DNA of 64,000 nt from Octopus vulgaris. Lineage: Eukaryota. The notes under the pieces are model-generated. The model worked only from the letters and a program-made list of their open reading frames with translations, had not been told where the DNA came from and did no database searches. The stretch spans positions 59,334,001 to 59,398,000 of the forward strand of contig OX597832.1 in assembly GCA_951406725.2 (NCBI GenBank), given 5' to 3'. This document shows, piece by piece, positions 43,961 through 57,993 of this stretch (positions are counted from its first letter, which is position 1; each line of letters begins with the position of its first letter). Position numbers and translations under genes: made by a program.

Positions 43961-44319
43961 TTGTTGGATGGGGTAGTTTGGCGGCGGGGGGGGGGGGGGC
44001 TTACTGAGTGGCCGTTGCGGGGGACGTCTGTGAGATGGGTTTTAGTTATTGTGGTCTTGGTGTTTGAGGCTGAATTAATAATGGCGATGGCGATGGCGAT
44101 GGCGGCGGTGGTGGGCATGGGCAGACATGGCAATAGGTCTGGCAATGACTATAACTTCTCCGCTGGTTACTGAGTGTAATATATTCATTAGCACGACTGC
44201 TAACTCTTTCATATATGTAATAAATTATATAGCATCCAGAAATGTAATAGAACAGTTACAGCGTAAAAGAGATCTGACACCGGCCATTTATGTCTGCACC
44301 CTCCCATATACATACATAA

Positions 44320-44382
<63 letters not shown>

Positions 44383-44471
44383 CAGACACACACACGCAAC
44401 GCACAAGCAAGTAACCGCATATATATACATACATACACAAACGTGGTCGTACACATACATATATATATATA

Positions 44472-44687
44472 CGAGAGTGTGGTGTAAAGTTCCTAGCTTT
44501 AAGGGTATTGTGAAAGGCCTGGTTGGAGGCCCTACCTTCCGAGTTTTTTTGCAGGGCTTAGAAAACCTGAAGGATGGTTACAATAAGTGCTTGAATCTGA
44601 GAAGGAGGAATATGTTGAATAAAATCATAAACTGATTATTCTGTATTTTCTTTTACTCGAAACAAGGAACTTTTCAGCGTCCTCTTG
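44472..44687 (+). mobile_element. Mariner-derived MITE / deleted mariner
   Basis: Imperfect TIRs (ta)cgagagtgtggtgtaaagttcct and aggaacttttcagcgtcctcttg. Internal remnant ...aagtgcttgaatctgagaaggaggaatatgttgaataa resembles the mariner C-terminus (KC..L.GEYVE*). Confidence 0.7.
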
Positions 44688-44719
44688 TGTAATGGGTGTG
44701 TGTGTGTGTGTGTGCGAAA

Positions 44720-44769
<50 letters not shown>

Positions 44770-45139
44770 GGGGTGGAGAGAGAGTATATGTATGTTTGAT
44801 TGTCCTAACGTGAGAAAGAATGCGCAAAAAAAGAGAATATATAAACCTTTATTAACTCCTGAAAACTTCCCGACAAATAAACATAATTATAGGTGCGTCG
44901 TTGATTAAAAGGTCGCTTATATCAAGTAAAGCTGGCGGGTGATCTATCTTTCTATCAGCTCATTGCCTCTATCCCAAACTTTTATATTCAAGCAGTAAAG
45001 CTCTGTGAAGGAAGTTTTCTCTATATTTTTCAGTCAGTCAATTTTTCTCGTTGAGAAATTAAACAATTGTGTCGTCTCTTTGTCAGTCTCAAGCTGATTT
45101 ATAAACCATCTCAAGTGCTTTCAACGACAGGTATCTACT

Positions 45140-45768
45140 CTTTTCTACTCTAGAGACAAAGCTCAAAATTTTTAGGGGGTTGGGAGCAGGTGATTAGATC
45201 GACTTAAGTGTGTAACTGGTACTTATTTAATCGACCCCGAAAGTATGAAAAGCAAAGTCGACCTCGACGGAATTTGAACTCAGAACGTAGCGGCAGATGA
45301 AATATCTATTTCTTTACTACCCACAAGGGGCTCAACACAGAGAGGACAAACAACGACAGACAAACAGATTAAGTCGATTATATCGACCCCAGTGCGTAAC
45401 TGGTACTTATTTAATCGACCAAGAAAGGATGAAAGGCAAACTCGACCTCGGCGGAATTTGGACTCAGAGCGTAGCGGCAGACGAAATACAGCTAAGCATT
45501 TCGCCCGGCGTCCTAACGATCCTGCCAGCTCACCGCCTTATATATTTAAAATATTCTTTTGTACTCTAGGGACAAGGCTCAAAATTTTGGGAGAGAGGGC
45601 CAGTCGATTAGATCGACCCCAGCACGCAACTGGTACTTAATTTATCGAATCCGAAAGGATGAAAGGCAAAGTCGACCTCGGTGGAATTTGAACACAGAAC
45701 TTAGCGGCAGACGGAATACCGCTAAGCATATCGCCCGGCCTGCTAACAACGTTTCTACCAGCTCGCTG
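45140..45768 (-). mobile_element. SINE family A dimer plus an adjacent monomer
   Basis: Three bodies; heads at about 45500-45540 and 45725-45768. Confidence 0.85.
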
Positions 45769-45916
45769 GGATACGACAGTTATGTATTATATGACTAGAT
45801 GAGCAATTGTCTTTAGGCCAACAGTGACTGAAAAAATCAATCGTTACCGAACTATCATATCTCCAAAAAGACACCATATAGTAAATATTCAATAAATATT
45901 GTTATTATTATTATTG

Positions 45917-45960
<44 letters not shown>

Positions 45961-45977
45961 GTTATTATTATGATTAT

Positions 45978-46545
45978 TGAGTGAGAGAGAGCAGTGCATG
46001 CCATCAAAGTGACATTGGGGTAAAATATACGAAGCCCAGTGAACCCATCATGACTACCCATCTGATAAGGGTACACCAGGCACATGCATCACAACCATAT
46101 GGGCGCGACATGGTGATCTCATATCAAGATAAACAGCGCATGACCTTGCAGGTGGAGCCCAGTTAGAAATTTCTTCTGGTCGAGTAGCCCATCACGCTCA
46201 AAAGGTTTCTGAATAAGGATTGTTTAAGGAAGTTTGTTCAACGAACCACCCATGTTTCGAAAGGTGAATTATCCAAACTTCTAAGAATTCCTTTTAACAC
46301 ATGGCTATGATGCTCCCCCACTACTTCTGCTTGTGATCAGAGATGCACATATCATCAGCCACTGAGGGATATGGTCAATTGGTTAAGGTCAAACAACTGA
46401 CAAGCATATCTGTTGTATTGAGCAGAATATTTTCTGTAGCCCATCTTTTATAGCAAGACAAAACAATGTACATGATAACACTTCCAATCAGTTATGATCA
46501 GAAGACATGAGAGCCAATGCCTGCTACTGCATCAGGGCAATTGCA
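45978..46545 (-). mobile_element. Probable retroelement 3' fragment inserted in (ATT)n
   Basis: Complex-sequence island between (ATC/ATT)n tracts; the minus strand ends ...ctctctctcactcaataat(aat)n. Family not identified. Confidence 0.4.
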
Positions 46546-46619
<74 letters not shown>

Positions 46620-46620
<1 letters not shown>

Positions 46621-46765
46621 AATACCTTAGGACACCTGATGAAAGTTTGAGGGTATATCAGCCGAAACGTTGTATTATCAACAAACAAGATGAGGACAAT
46701 TATCAATCAATTGTAAATAATGTAAATAATGTACATAATTCCTCTTCTCTCAAATACAGAACTGT
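46620..46765 (+). mobile_element. Headless copy of the hammerhead SINE family after (ATT)n
   Basis: gacacctgatgaaagtttgagggtatatcagccgaaacgttgtatt (46631-46676) plus the family tail; stem II is degenerate. Confidence 0.75.
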
Positions 46766-46911
46766 TTTAATCCAAACATATTCAAGAACAATTATCGGAA
46801 TTTTACAATCGGCAAGTTTTCCACCAGAGGTTTTTCAAAACCGAATGCTGTTAGGGTTTGCCACAGAGGGTACAGCAAAAAAAAAAAACGCCAAAAAACA
46901 GCATAACTTAG

Positions 46912-47065
46912 CTTATTTACATTATTTACATTCAACGGATATTTGTCCTCATCTTATTTGTTGTTAACGCAACGTTTCGGCTGATATATCCTCCAGCCTT
47001 CTTCGTGTGTCTTGGGGAAATTTCAAACCTGGGTTCTCATTCTAAAGTATTTTTCGATGTTATTA

Positions 47066-47132
<67 letters not shown>

Positions 47133-47140
47133 CATCATCA

Positions 47141-47195
<55 letters not shown>

Positions 47196-47342
47196 AATTT
47201 CCCCCAAGACACCTGAAGAAGGCTGGAGGGTATATCAGCCGAAATATTGTGTTAACAACAAACAAGATGAGGACACATATCCGTCGAATGTAAATAATGT
47301 AAATAATATACATAATTTCTCTTCTCTTAAATATAGAACTGT
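46912..47342. mobile_element. Two divergently oriented copies of the hammerhead SINE family around (ATT)n
   Basis: Minus-strand copy (about 46912-47060) has a mutated core. Plus-strand copy at 47208-47253 reads GACAC-CTGAAGA-A-GGCTG..CAGCC-GAA-ATAT-T-GTGTT with an intact core. Confidence 0.8.
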
Positions 47343-47662
47343 ACAACTTAGCTTGTCAAAACTCTTTAACGCATTTCGTTCTTGTTGTTATTGTTGTTGT
47401 TATTGTTCAGTCATTGTCCTCATCGTCGTTGTTTCTGTCGTTGCTCTTGTTGTTATTGTCGTTGTTTAACATCTGGTTGACCATGATCGGAATTCCTGAG
47501 CTGCAAAGTCCTTTCAGCCTCGATCCTAACGGTGCTTATTACATTGTCCAAATTTCTTCCTACTTTTAAGAGAGGAAAGATGTAATTCGAGGGAGAAATG
47601 CCTGCTGTTGCTAGCAGGTCAGTAACTACGTGAAGGCTTCTTTCTTAGCTGGTTTTACAAAG

Positions 47663-47899
47663 ATCGGCGAGCTGGCAGAAACGTTAGCACGACGGGCGAA
47701 ATGCTTAGCGGTATTTCGTCTGTCGTTACGTTCTGAGTTCAAATTCCGCCGAGGTCGACTTTGCCTTTCATCCTTTCGGGGTCGATAAATTAAGTACCAG
47801 TTACGCACTGGGGTTGATGTAATCGACTTAATCCGTTTGTCTGTCCTTGTTTGTCCCCTCTATGTTTAGCCCCTTGTGGGTAGTAAAGAAATAGGTATT
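47663..47899 (+). mobile_element. SINE family A monomer
   Basis: ggcgagctggcagaaacgttagcacg...gagttcaaattccgccgaggtcgactttgcctttcatcctttcggggtcgataaattaagtacc...aagaaataggtatt. Other copies or remnants at about 100-430, 1735-1860, 3380-3722, 4298-4445, 10140-10890, 25345-25500, 34185-34380, 40625-41050 and 49670-50175. Confidence 0.85.
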
Positions 47900-48439
47900 G
47901 CGAGCGTTCTTAGCAGTCGTGAGGGTGGTAATAATATAACTGTGGATGACGATGAAAATGATCGGAGGTCGAAGAGAGATCAATATATGTAATCGAAGAC
48001 AATACCACCATGAGCATCACGCCTGATTCATAGATAGTGTATTTAGAATTATATTACAAAACTTTTAGCTTTATGTTTTTTGGAAGCTACATTAGATTTG
48101 AGGGTGGCTCGGCTGCTATTGTTAAAAGAACGAAGACAGCTTTTTCCGTAGATGGGTTAAGTGGGTGGAGTTCTTCTTGGTTGTAGTACTGATGTCGCTG
48201 CAGACGACGTTGTTGTTGTTGTTTGTGGTGGTGGTGGTGGTGGTGGTGGTGGTGTCTGTGGTGGTAGTGGAAGTAGTGGTGTTGGTAGTGTTGGTAGTAT
48301 AATTCGATTTTTTTTCCATCTTGCAGTATAATTTTTTGTTTCTCTACTCCACCACTTACGCCGGCAGAAACATCACCGACACTTTACGCATTAATAAATG
48401 CATATAAATACTCATACACACACATACACACACGCACAA

Positions 48440-48474
<35 letters not shown>

Positions 48475-48869
48475 AATACATATGTGTGTACGCGCGCCTG
48501 TGTGTATGTGTGTGAGTCTATATATTACATATATATATATATACACACACATATATATATATATATATATGTATATGCTTGTTTATACATATGTATGTAT
48601 ATGGATATATATATGTGTGTGTGTATGTATGTAGTATATGCATATTCCTATACATATGTGTATATATAATGGAATTGGATGATGAAGGAGAGCGCAAGTC
48701 ATTCATCATAAAGACAAGCATATTAATATCGTTGTTTGAGGGTAGAGGTTGGCGCACGGGAATCAGGAAATGTTATGTCGACTGACGTATTTGGGAGGGA
48801 GTAAGTACACCCGTTCTTAAACAGAATTATCGTATACTCATATGCATGCATGAGTATATATGTGTGTGT

Positions 48870-48971
48870 TTGTGTGCGTGTATGATGTGTTTCTGCAAAT
48901 ATACGAATCTATGTACTCATGCTTGTGTGTATATATATATATATATATATATGAACATATATATAAATATG

Positions 48972-49025
<54 letters not shown>

Positions 49026-49286
49026 TATAAATATAAGCATATATATATATATATATGAATCATAAATATATATGGGTATATATATAAGTATTGTGGTATA
49101 AACGTATAGCTATCTATATATGTATATGTGTGTGTTTGTGTGTGAAGGTATATGTATGTTTTGTGTGTGTGTGTGTGTGTGTGTATGATGTGTTTCTGCA
49201 AATATACGAGTCGATGTATGCATGCGCGTATATATAAGTATATATAAATATAAACATATATATATATATATATAATTATAACATAA

Positions 49287-49317
<31 letters not shown>

Positions 49318-49400
49318 GAATTATATACGTATGTATAAATAAATATGGGTATATATACGTATTGAGGCATAAACGTGTAGCTATCTATATATGTATGTGT
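48870..49400 (+). repeat. Diverged local tandem duplication (about 270-300 bp)
   Basis: tgtatgatgtgtttctgcaaatatacga at 48879 and 49182; tatgggtata..taaacgt.tagctatctatatatgtat at about 49071 and 49344. Confidence 0.8.
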
Positions 49401-50262
49401 GTGAATTTATGTTTGCGTATGTGTGTCTCAATTCGAAAATGATTTTCTTGAATTTAAACTTATTTTATAAAGATATGTTTAGGAAAGCAGACACACACAG
49501 ACCTGCTGGAAGAAAGCTTTAGTGTAAGTGCTTTTCGCTTCATATCTATTTATTAATCCGTCTATATCTACTTATCTATCTATCTCTGTACGCATGCACG
49601 TATGCATATGTATATAATATAATATTATTGTTCTTTCTTACGAAATATATAGAACTGTTAAAATGAAGCACTTTGCTTCTTATCCTTTAGGATCGATAAA
49701 ATAAATTCCAGTTGAAAATTAGGGCCAACGTAATCGAATTATTCCATCCCTCGAAATCACTGGACTTGTGTTCAAAATTTGAAACCTCTTTAAGGTGGTG
49801 AAATGCTTAGTTCTGAGTTCAAATTCCATCGAGGTCAACTTTGCTTTTTATACTTTCTGGGTCGATGAAATATGTACCAGTTGAAAACTGGAGTCGATGT
49901 AATCGATATATCCCTTTCCTCCAAAATTGCTGGCCTTGCACCAAAATGTGAAAGGAATAATTACTAATATGGCGGCGAACAGACAGAATCGTTTGCACGC
50001 CGTGCAAAATGCATAGCGTCTTTACGTTCTCACTTCAAATTTCGCCGAAATCTACTTCACCTTTCATCTTTCTTCGGCTCGACAAAATAACTACCAGTTG
50101 AGCACTGGGGTCGGTCTAATCGACTTATCCCGTGCCCCCAAAATGTCAGGCCTTGTGCCAAAATTTGAAACCGACATTTCCCTGTCTATTTGATGAATTA
50201 TTGCCGGAATCGGGTTTCAATCCTGAGTCTAAATCATTTAACCAATCCTATGGCTTTGTATG

Positions 50263-50545
50263 GTGGAGGCACATGGCCAAGTGGTTAAGGCAGCGGATTC
50301 GCGGTCGAAGGATCGCGGATTCGAATCTCAGACCGGACGATGTGGGTGTTTATGAGCGAAACACCTAAGCTCCACGCGGCTCCGGCAGAAGGTAATGGCG
50401 AACTTCTGCTGACTCTTTTGCCACAACTTTCTTTCACTCTTTCCTCCTGCATCTTGCAGCTCACCTGCGACGGGCCGGTGTCCCGTCCAGGTGGGGAACC
50501 TATACGCCAAGGAAACCGGGAAATCGGCCCTATGATCCACAAGGG
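50263..50545 (+). mobile_element. SINE family B
   Basis: ggaggcacatggccaagtggttaaggcagcggattcgcggtc... head and body. Confidence 0.8.
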
Positions 50546-50957
50546 ACAAATAAGTATTAAGAAGAAGAGATGTCTTTGTATAGATTCAGATCTGAAAGTT
50601 AATTCATTATTCCGCGTTGTTGTCACCATTCTCATTGTCATGCTACATAGGGTCACTTGTAGAACGTTTCTTCATCGGTACGGAGCAGTTAGTTATCAGC
50701 TTTGTTGCCTACAAATGGGTATCGTCATGTTCGCGAATCTCCCACACAACGCTTTCCCCAAGACCACACACTCACACACACACACGCTCACACACACACG
50801 CTCACACACACACACACGCACACACACACACACACACACACATACACACACACAGAGGCATTCATTCATTTATACACTAATGCTCACAAACATCTATGTA
50901 CATCTGTGATATGCCTGTATACATCTATACATACATATATACATATAGATAGATATT

Positions 50958-51019
<62 letters not shown>

Positions 51020-51601
51020 GGCACACGAGTGGCTGTGTGGTAAGTAGCCTGCTTACCAACCACAAGGTTCCAGGTTCAGCCCCACTGCGTGATACCTTAA
51101 TGTTTTCTACTATATCCTCGGGCCGATCAAGGCCTTGTGAGTGGATTTGGTAGACGGAAACTGAAAGAAGCCCATCGTATATATATGAGTATGTGTGTGT
51201 GTGCGTGTGTGGGTGGGTGTTTATATATTTGTGTATCTGTGTTTGTCCCCACAACATCACTTCACAAAAGATTTTGGTGTGTTTACGTCCCCGTAACTTA
51301 GTGGTTCGGCAAAAGAAGCCGATAGAATAAGTACTAGGCTTACAAAGAATAAGTCCTGGGATCGACTAGAGGCCGCGCTCCAGCTTGGCCGCAGTCAAGT
51401 GACTGAAACAAGTAAAAAAAAATAGAATATACATATACATACATATATATATGTGTGTGTATGTGTGATTTTGTGCGCGTATTTATGTATGTATATGTAT
51501 ATATATACGTTCTTGCATGCATGTGTATGCATACTTACATAACTTTTGAATACGTTTATATCCATGTGTATACACACGCACATTAACATACACAAATATA
51601 T

Positions 51602-51636
<35 letters not shown>

Positions 51637-52184
51637 TACATATATACTTACCCATATATCTGTACGCAAACACGTATACACAAATTTCTACACATATTTA
51701 TATTAACAGAATTTGATTTCGTCAAATAAACAGGAAAACACAACGCGTGCTCCTTCTTGTGTATACAGGATTACTTCCGTACAAATTTTAGCTAATGGGA
51801 ATTTAGTCACTGTCCATTTTCGCCATGTACGTATATCGGCAAAGAGATTAAGTGATTAGTGGATGTTTAAGCTATCTTTCGTTTTAAACCAAAGTTCATA
51901 TCTTTAGACAGTTCAACTCCGATGTCTCCACCTAGGCATCTTTATGCAAAGACTATTATCATTAATGAGTTTACTGTTCTCGTTTTGAAATCAACAATCA
52001 GACTGTTACAATATTGTCGTCAGCGCTTGTAGATATTTTTAATATCCAGAGTCGACATTAATAGGGATATGTGCGTGTGCGAATGTGTGCATGTACTAAC
52101 ATTATAAATGTATGTTTGCCTGCATGCGCATGTGTATGTATGTATGTATGTATGTATGTATGTATGTATGTATATATGGGCGGG

Positions 52185-52497
52185 TGGAGGCGCAATGGCC
52201 CAGTGGTTAGGGCAGCGGCAGCGGACTCCCGGTCGGAGGATAGCGGCTTCGATTCCCAGACCGGGCGTTGTGTATGTTTACTGAGCGAAAACATCTAAAA
52301 GCTCCACGAGGCTCCGGCAGTGGGTGGTGGCGATCCCTGTTGTACTCTTTCGCCCCAACTTTCTCTCACTCTTTCTTCCTGTTTCTTGAATAACGCTGCA
52401 ATGGACTGGCGTCCCGTCCTCCTGGAGTGAACACAAACGCCACAGAAATCGGGAAACCGGACCCATGAGCCCGGCTAGGCTTGAAAAGGGCGCATAA
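52185..52497 (+). mobile_element. SINE family B
   Basis: Head and body match; ends in (TAAA)n. Confidence 0.8.
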
Positions 52498-52898
52498 ATA
52501 AATAAATATGTATGGATGAATGGATGTATATATGTCTATCTATCTCTCTATTTGCCCATCTATCTATATATTTTTTTGAGTGTGTGTGTGGGGAGAGAGA
52601 GAGAGAGATAGAAAAAGAGACAGAGAGATAGAAAATATGACAGAGGTGGGGTACAATGGTTCATATAAACAGATAAAAAAACATTGGGTTTTAATTTACA
52701 AAATATATGCAAAAAGGGAAGGCAGGCTTAAAATTTTCAGACGATTAACAATCAAGTATGGACAAATACATCATGTTCGTTTCTGCTGGAGAGCGTAGGC
52801 TCGAAACATAAAAAGACATTCTTACCTTCCTGAGCGGCAAACTAATACCCCTGCTTGTTGTTTATACACCTGTCTTCGTCTTTTGTTCTGAAAATTTC

Positions 52899-52985
<87 letters not shown>

Positions 52986-52990
<5 letters not shown>

Positions 52991-53165
52991 ATAAAAACGG
53001 TAAGACAACAAAAGAAAGAAAGAGACCTCGATATTAAGTTATTAGAGGAATTTATTTGTAAATGTAATATGTAACAATTATTCGGTAGCAATGATAAAAC
53101 TTCGAGCTTTGGATGCCGAGGTGGAAATCCACGCTGCCATCTCTTCAGTTATCCGGCCATCGGAA
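52986..53165 (-). mobile_element. Element with a decayed hammerhead (53093-53153), homologous to 36881-37075
   Basis: Reverse complement: GATAA-CTGAAGA-GATG..gtggatttccac..CATC-c-aaagctcgaagt-t-TTATC (GAAA mutated). Ends in (TA)n. Confidence 0.65.
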
Positions 53166-53377
53166 AAATGCTATGAAAAATGACCGTTATACAAAGGGAA
53201 ATTACTGTGCGATTGACCGTTATAAAGACAAAAGAGCTATTCAAATGACTGCTAAGTAAGAGGAGGAAGTAAAGTAAGGGGGTAATAGCGACAAACACCA
53301 ACTGCCGCCATAAATAGAACAGCACAACCTAATTGGTACAGACTAGAGACCTGCCTTTTATAACGGAGAAAGCCTTA

Positions 53378-53995
53378 AGGCAGACGAAATACCTATTTCT
53401 TTACTACCCACAAGGGGCTAAACATAGAAGGGACAAACAAGGACAGACAAACAGATTAACTCGATTATATCGACCCCAGTGCGTAACTGGTATTTATTTA
53501 ATCGACCTCGATAGGATGAACGTCAAAGTCTACCTCGGCGGAATTTGAACTCAGAACGTAGCGACAAACGAAATACCCATTTCTTTCCTACCCACAAGGG
53601 GCTAAAAACAGAGAGGACAAACAAGGACAGAAAAACAGATTAAGTCGATTATATCGATCCCAGTGCGTAACTAGTACTTATTTAATCGACCCCGAAAGGA
53701 TGAAAGGCAAAGTCGACCTCGGCGGAATTTGAACTCAGAACATAACGGCAGACGAAATACCCATTTCTTTACTGCCCACAAGGGGCTAAACACAGAGAGG
53801 ACAAACAAGGACAGAAAAACGGATTAAGTCGATTATATCGATCCCAGTGCGTAACTAGTACTTATTTAATCGACCCCGAAAGGATGAAAGGCAAAGTCGA
53901 CCTCAGCGGAATTTGAACTCAGAACGTAACCACAGACGAAATACTGCTAAGCATTGCGCCCGGCGTGCTAGCGTATCTGGCAGGTCGCCATCTTC
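53378..53995 (-). mobile_element. SINE family A trimer
   Basis: Three approximately 185-bp bodies with the head at about 53950-53995. Confidence 0.85.
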
Positions 53996-54780
53996 GAGGC
54001 ACTTACAGACGTGTATTACAACTTTAAGCAAATGCTTACCAGCCTTTTTTTTTTATAGCAGAATATGGTAGAAAAATGTGTTGTTTATTTTTTTTACAAA
54101 GGCCATTATGTATCACATAACAACACTCACAGTACGTTATAGGTACGTTATTACGTATGTAGCACTATAATATATGATATGTCACTCCGTTAACACGTTA
54201 CCGGATGAGGTGTTGCAGATAATAATATGGAACGGGGAAACAGTTACGTTGGTTTTTCTCGTTGATTCGTGAAATTTATGGTCCTTGCTGGGGAGGAAAA
54301 TACAAGAACATTTTATCATTACTATTATTATTATCCTTATCCGCATCATCACCATCACCATCATCATCATCATCATCATCATCATTATCACTATTATATA
54401 AATGTACGTACGAGTATGCATTTGTGTGTCTGTATGTATTTGTAAATGTGTGTATTTGTGTGTATTTGTATGTGTGTGTGAGTTAGTGTGCTTGTGTGTG
54501 TGTGTGTGTATTGATGCGTGTGTGTATATGAGTAGATACTGTTTAATATTTTTTGTATTTCAATTTCTTCTTCATTGTTTTTTTTCTCGAGTATTCTTTT
54601 AAAATAAATATTACTTATATCCTTCTGGGATCGATAAAATAACCTTGCAGTCAGAAACTGAAGGAGAGTCAAATCAATTGTGCACACTTTAAAAAATTTG
54701 AAATATATGATCTTAAGTCAAAACCAAAAATCAATATTTTCGGAATATGCGACTGCAATGAAGATACATAAAATATAGAC

Positions 54781-55308
54781 AATACTGGTGGTGTAAAGAT
54801 TATTTGCCAACATAACATGGCAGTCCTGGTTTAGGACGAACGTTGCTGTAATTACGGCAACATTCGTCCTAAACCAGGACTGCCATGTTATGATGGCAAA
54901 TAATGTTTACTCCAAAGTACTGTTATGAGATTTACAAATAGTAATTTTCTAATTCATAGATCAGTGTCTAGTTTTCACTTTGAAAACCATATATTTCGAA
55001 CGGGAATTTGGCAGGGCTACCTCAGGCCGAACAATTATTCTGTGCTGATGAAGGGAAATAACCCGGAAATCGCGATCCACAGACATTGTTTTGAGCTGAG
55101 TGCGGGTGCTAGATTCCCTTGTTCAAAAAATATAAAGATACAGATCGTGTCGTATAGCCAGCTGGAGACGATGCCTCCTGAGGCTAAATTACAGCAACAT
55201 TCGTCCTAAACCAGGACTGCTATGTTATGTTGGCAAAAAATCTTTGCTCCAAAGTACTTTTGCTGAATATCTCTCGTTGTGAGATTTACAAATAGTAATT
55301 TTCTAATA
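54781..55308. mobile_element. 337-bp retrozyme-like unit (about 1.3 copies) with an inverted 5' segment
   Basis: Palindrome at 54781-54920 (axis 54851/54852). cattcgtcctaaaccaggac repeats at 54861 and 55198. Hammerhead at 55039-55083. Confidence 0.8.
55039..55083 (+). ncRNA. Minimal type-I hammerhead ribozyme
   Basis: TCTGTG-CTGATGA-A-GGG-aaataa-CCC-G-GAA-ATCGCGAT-C-CACAGA; 6-bp stem I, palindromic stem III, AUC cleavage triplet. Confidence 0.8.
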
Positions 55309-55408
55309 CTGGTAGTTTATATAATAAAGAGAACATTGGTGGTATAGAATCTGCAGAGTAAAGAGGTGGTATATAAAGTACTGAAAAGGTAGTAAAACAT
55401 ATATATTT

Positions 55409-55466
<58 letters not shown>

Positions 55467-57846
55467 ATGCGTAAAAATAATTTAACCCGCGTTAATTACC
55501 TAACTATAAAGAGTCAATGCGTTGAGTTATGGTGCGACTTCATCTTTTTATATTAGATGAATTCTATCAGGAAGGTGTTAACTAGCATGACAGAGTAAAG
55601 ATCTGTCTACAATAACCACCAGAGAATACACAAGAAGTTTGCTTTTGGAGAGCAGCTTTGGTCGTATTGGTCGTATTGAATCGATGTAGAATGTTTGATA
55701 AGGGTTGACAGTCATTTTTCAGTTGATGTTCGCTGATTTCCGTCTCGTGGGTATCAAAGGAACACCACTGGGCGAAACCGTTTCGAATCACATTCTGGTT
55801 CTGTCAAAGGTGTCTTTAAACCATTGAATCTTGAGTCTCGAGTAACTACTGCAGAAACTGAACGTAATGAGGGTATTTCGATTGAATACGAATGCAAGGT
55901 CGTCTCAATGTAGACGAGCGATATCGCTATGACCTTGACTTTCTCCATGGAAGTCGAGATGGTCAAATTTTTGGTGCTGGAAAATAAAGTATTGAAAAGC
56001 GTAAATATTTCCCCGGACAAAACGCACTGAAACAGAAAATCCAGGTTGATAGCTAGAGTCCTGTGATTCAAGGCTAGATGTTTCCAAAGTGACTGGTACT
56101 ATCCTCTTGGGGGCAGGGAAAGATCGGGGAGTGGTGGCGTTGAAGAAAAGTTGAGTAATAATGGGGTTTGCTAAAAGGGGGCGATGGATGTAGAAACAAC
56201 AAAATAATGGCTTCATTAGGTTAACTTTTATTTGTGAAATACAGTTGCTTTGAATTTATCCCAGAAAGTGATCTATATTTCTGGTGGTAAGATGGTGGGG
56301 TATTAGAAACGTGACCCAGGTGCTAAGGGGGCTGCAGCTCCCCAAAATTTTGTGAGTCATTGTGCTAAACCGACACACTACTTAAGTTGCTTGTGGTTTG
56401 GTTTGATCCAAACTGAGAAGTGGATAGGTACCGTAGAGAGTTAATGAATTGTTTGGTCTGTCGAACACAGATATGGACCGTGACGAAGCGGTCCCTCAAC
56501 ATGTCATTCATAGGTGTGAAACGCAAGTATCGTTTCAGTCGTATATTATCACCTGATCAGCTGACTAGCATTATATCCTCCTTCCCTTTCCTATCTTCAG
56601 CGAAGGTCACATTCCACTGGTCAAGCAGTCCATTGCTGACAACAAACCGTGTGTGGACAATTCATTCAAACAAAAGATAGAACAGAAAGAATTCATTCAT
56701 TGATATTTGTATGTGAATCTGCATAAATAATGTATACATTAGGGAGAGAATCGACCTGTCCTACTTTCTTTACAACATAAAAACGGGGAGTGGCAAGTAG
56801 CCAAGTGTATTGGGGATTCATATGGCCATTGTTTCATTTCCGGTTTTACTCCGCCTTGTTCCTGTTGAACCGTCATGTCTCTTTACCATTTACGCACATA
56901 TAGGCACACACATAAATACATACATACATACACGCACACGCACATACATACATACATACATACATACACACATACATACATACATACATACATACATACA
57001 AAGACGAACATACATACACACAAACTTACATATATACACACATACATACACACAAACATATATATACACATACATGAAGGCATGCATACATAAATGCATG
57101 CTCACACACATACAGTACATACACATACGAACACATACATATATTGACACATATACACATATATACATACAAACACATACATATATACACACATATACAC
57201 ACATATATACATACAAACACACACACATGCATAATACATACATACATACATACATACATACATACATACATACATACATACATACATACATACATACATA
57301 CATACATACGTATATACGTAAATGCATACAAATAAATACACACACAAACATACATGAAGTGCTGAATAAGCAAAATTAATCCACAAATATACAAAACCTA
57401 TTATTAAATTAGTTGTATGCTGTCAAATTAATGTGACAGTCCCATAAAGGGAATAATACTACTGCTATTTAGCCCTAGGAAGCAGCACCGCTTCCTGTCA
57501 GCCTTGACACATTTCCTGTGTCCTTATGTTTACAAGGACGATACAAGCACCCACACCCAGCTAAGCTAACATCCAGATCTAATCGACTACCGCACTTCCT
57601 CAAAATTTCGGGCCTTGTGCCTAGAGTAGGTTAGATATGTGAACCGCGATGTGGCAAGGGATCTCTGTAAAAAGTTTATTTAAATAACAGAAAAATGTTG
57701 GCCTTCATTGGTATATCTTTTCCCTGTTACTTGTTTCGTAGACTGCAGCCATGCTGGGGCACCACATGAATATTTTGAATCGATCGTAGTATTTTTTTAA
57801 AGTCTAGTATCTGCGGTGGGCACAATTATCTATATATGTATATATA

Positions 57847-57993
<147 letters not shown>

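Noticed and set aside
42474-44173. Cluster of 95-264-aa low-complexity ORFs
   Set aside because: Translations of compound GAT/GGT/GAA/GTT repeats; no recognisable protein.
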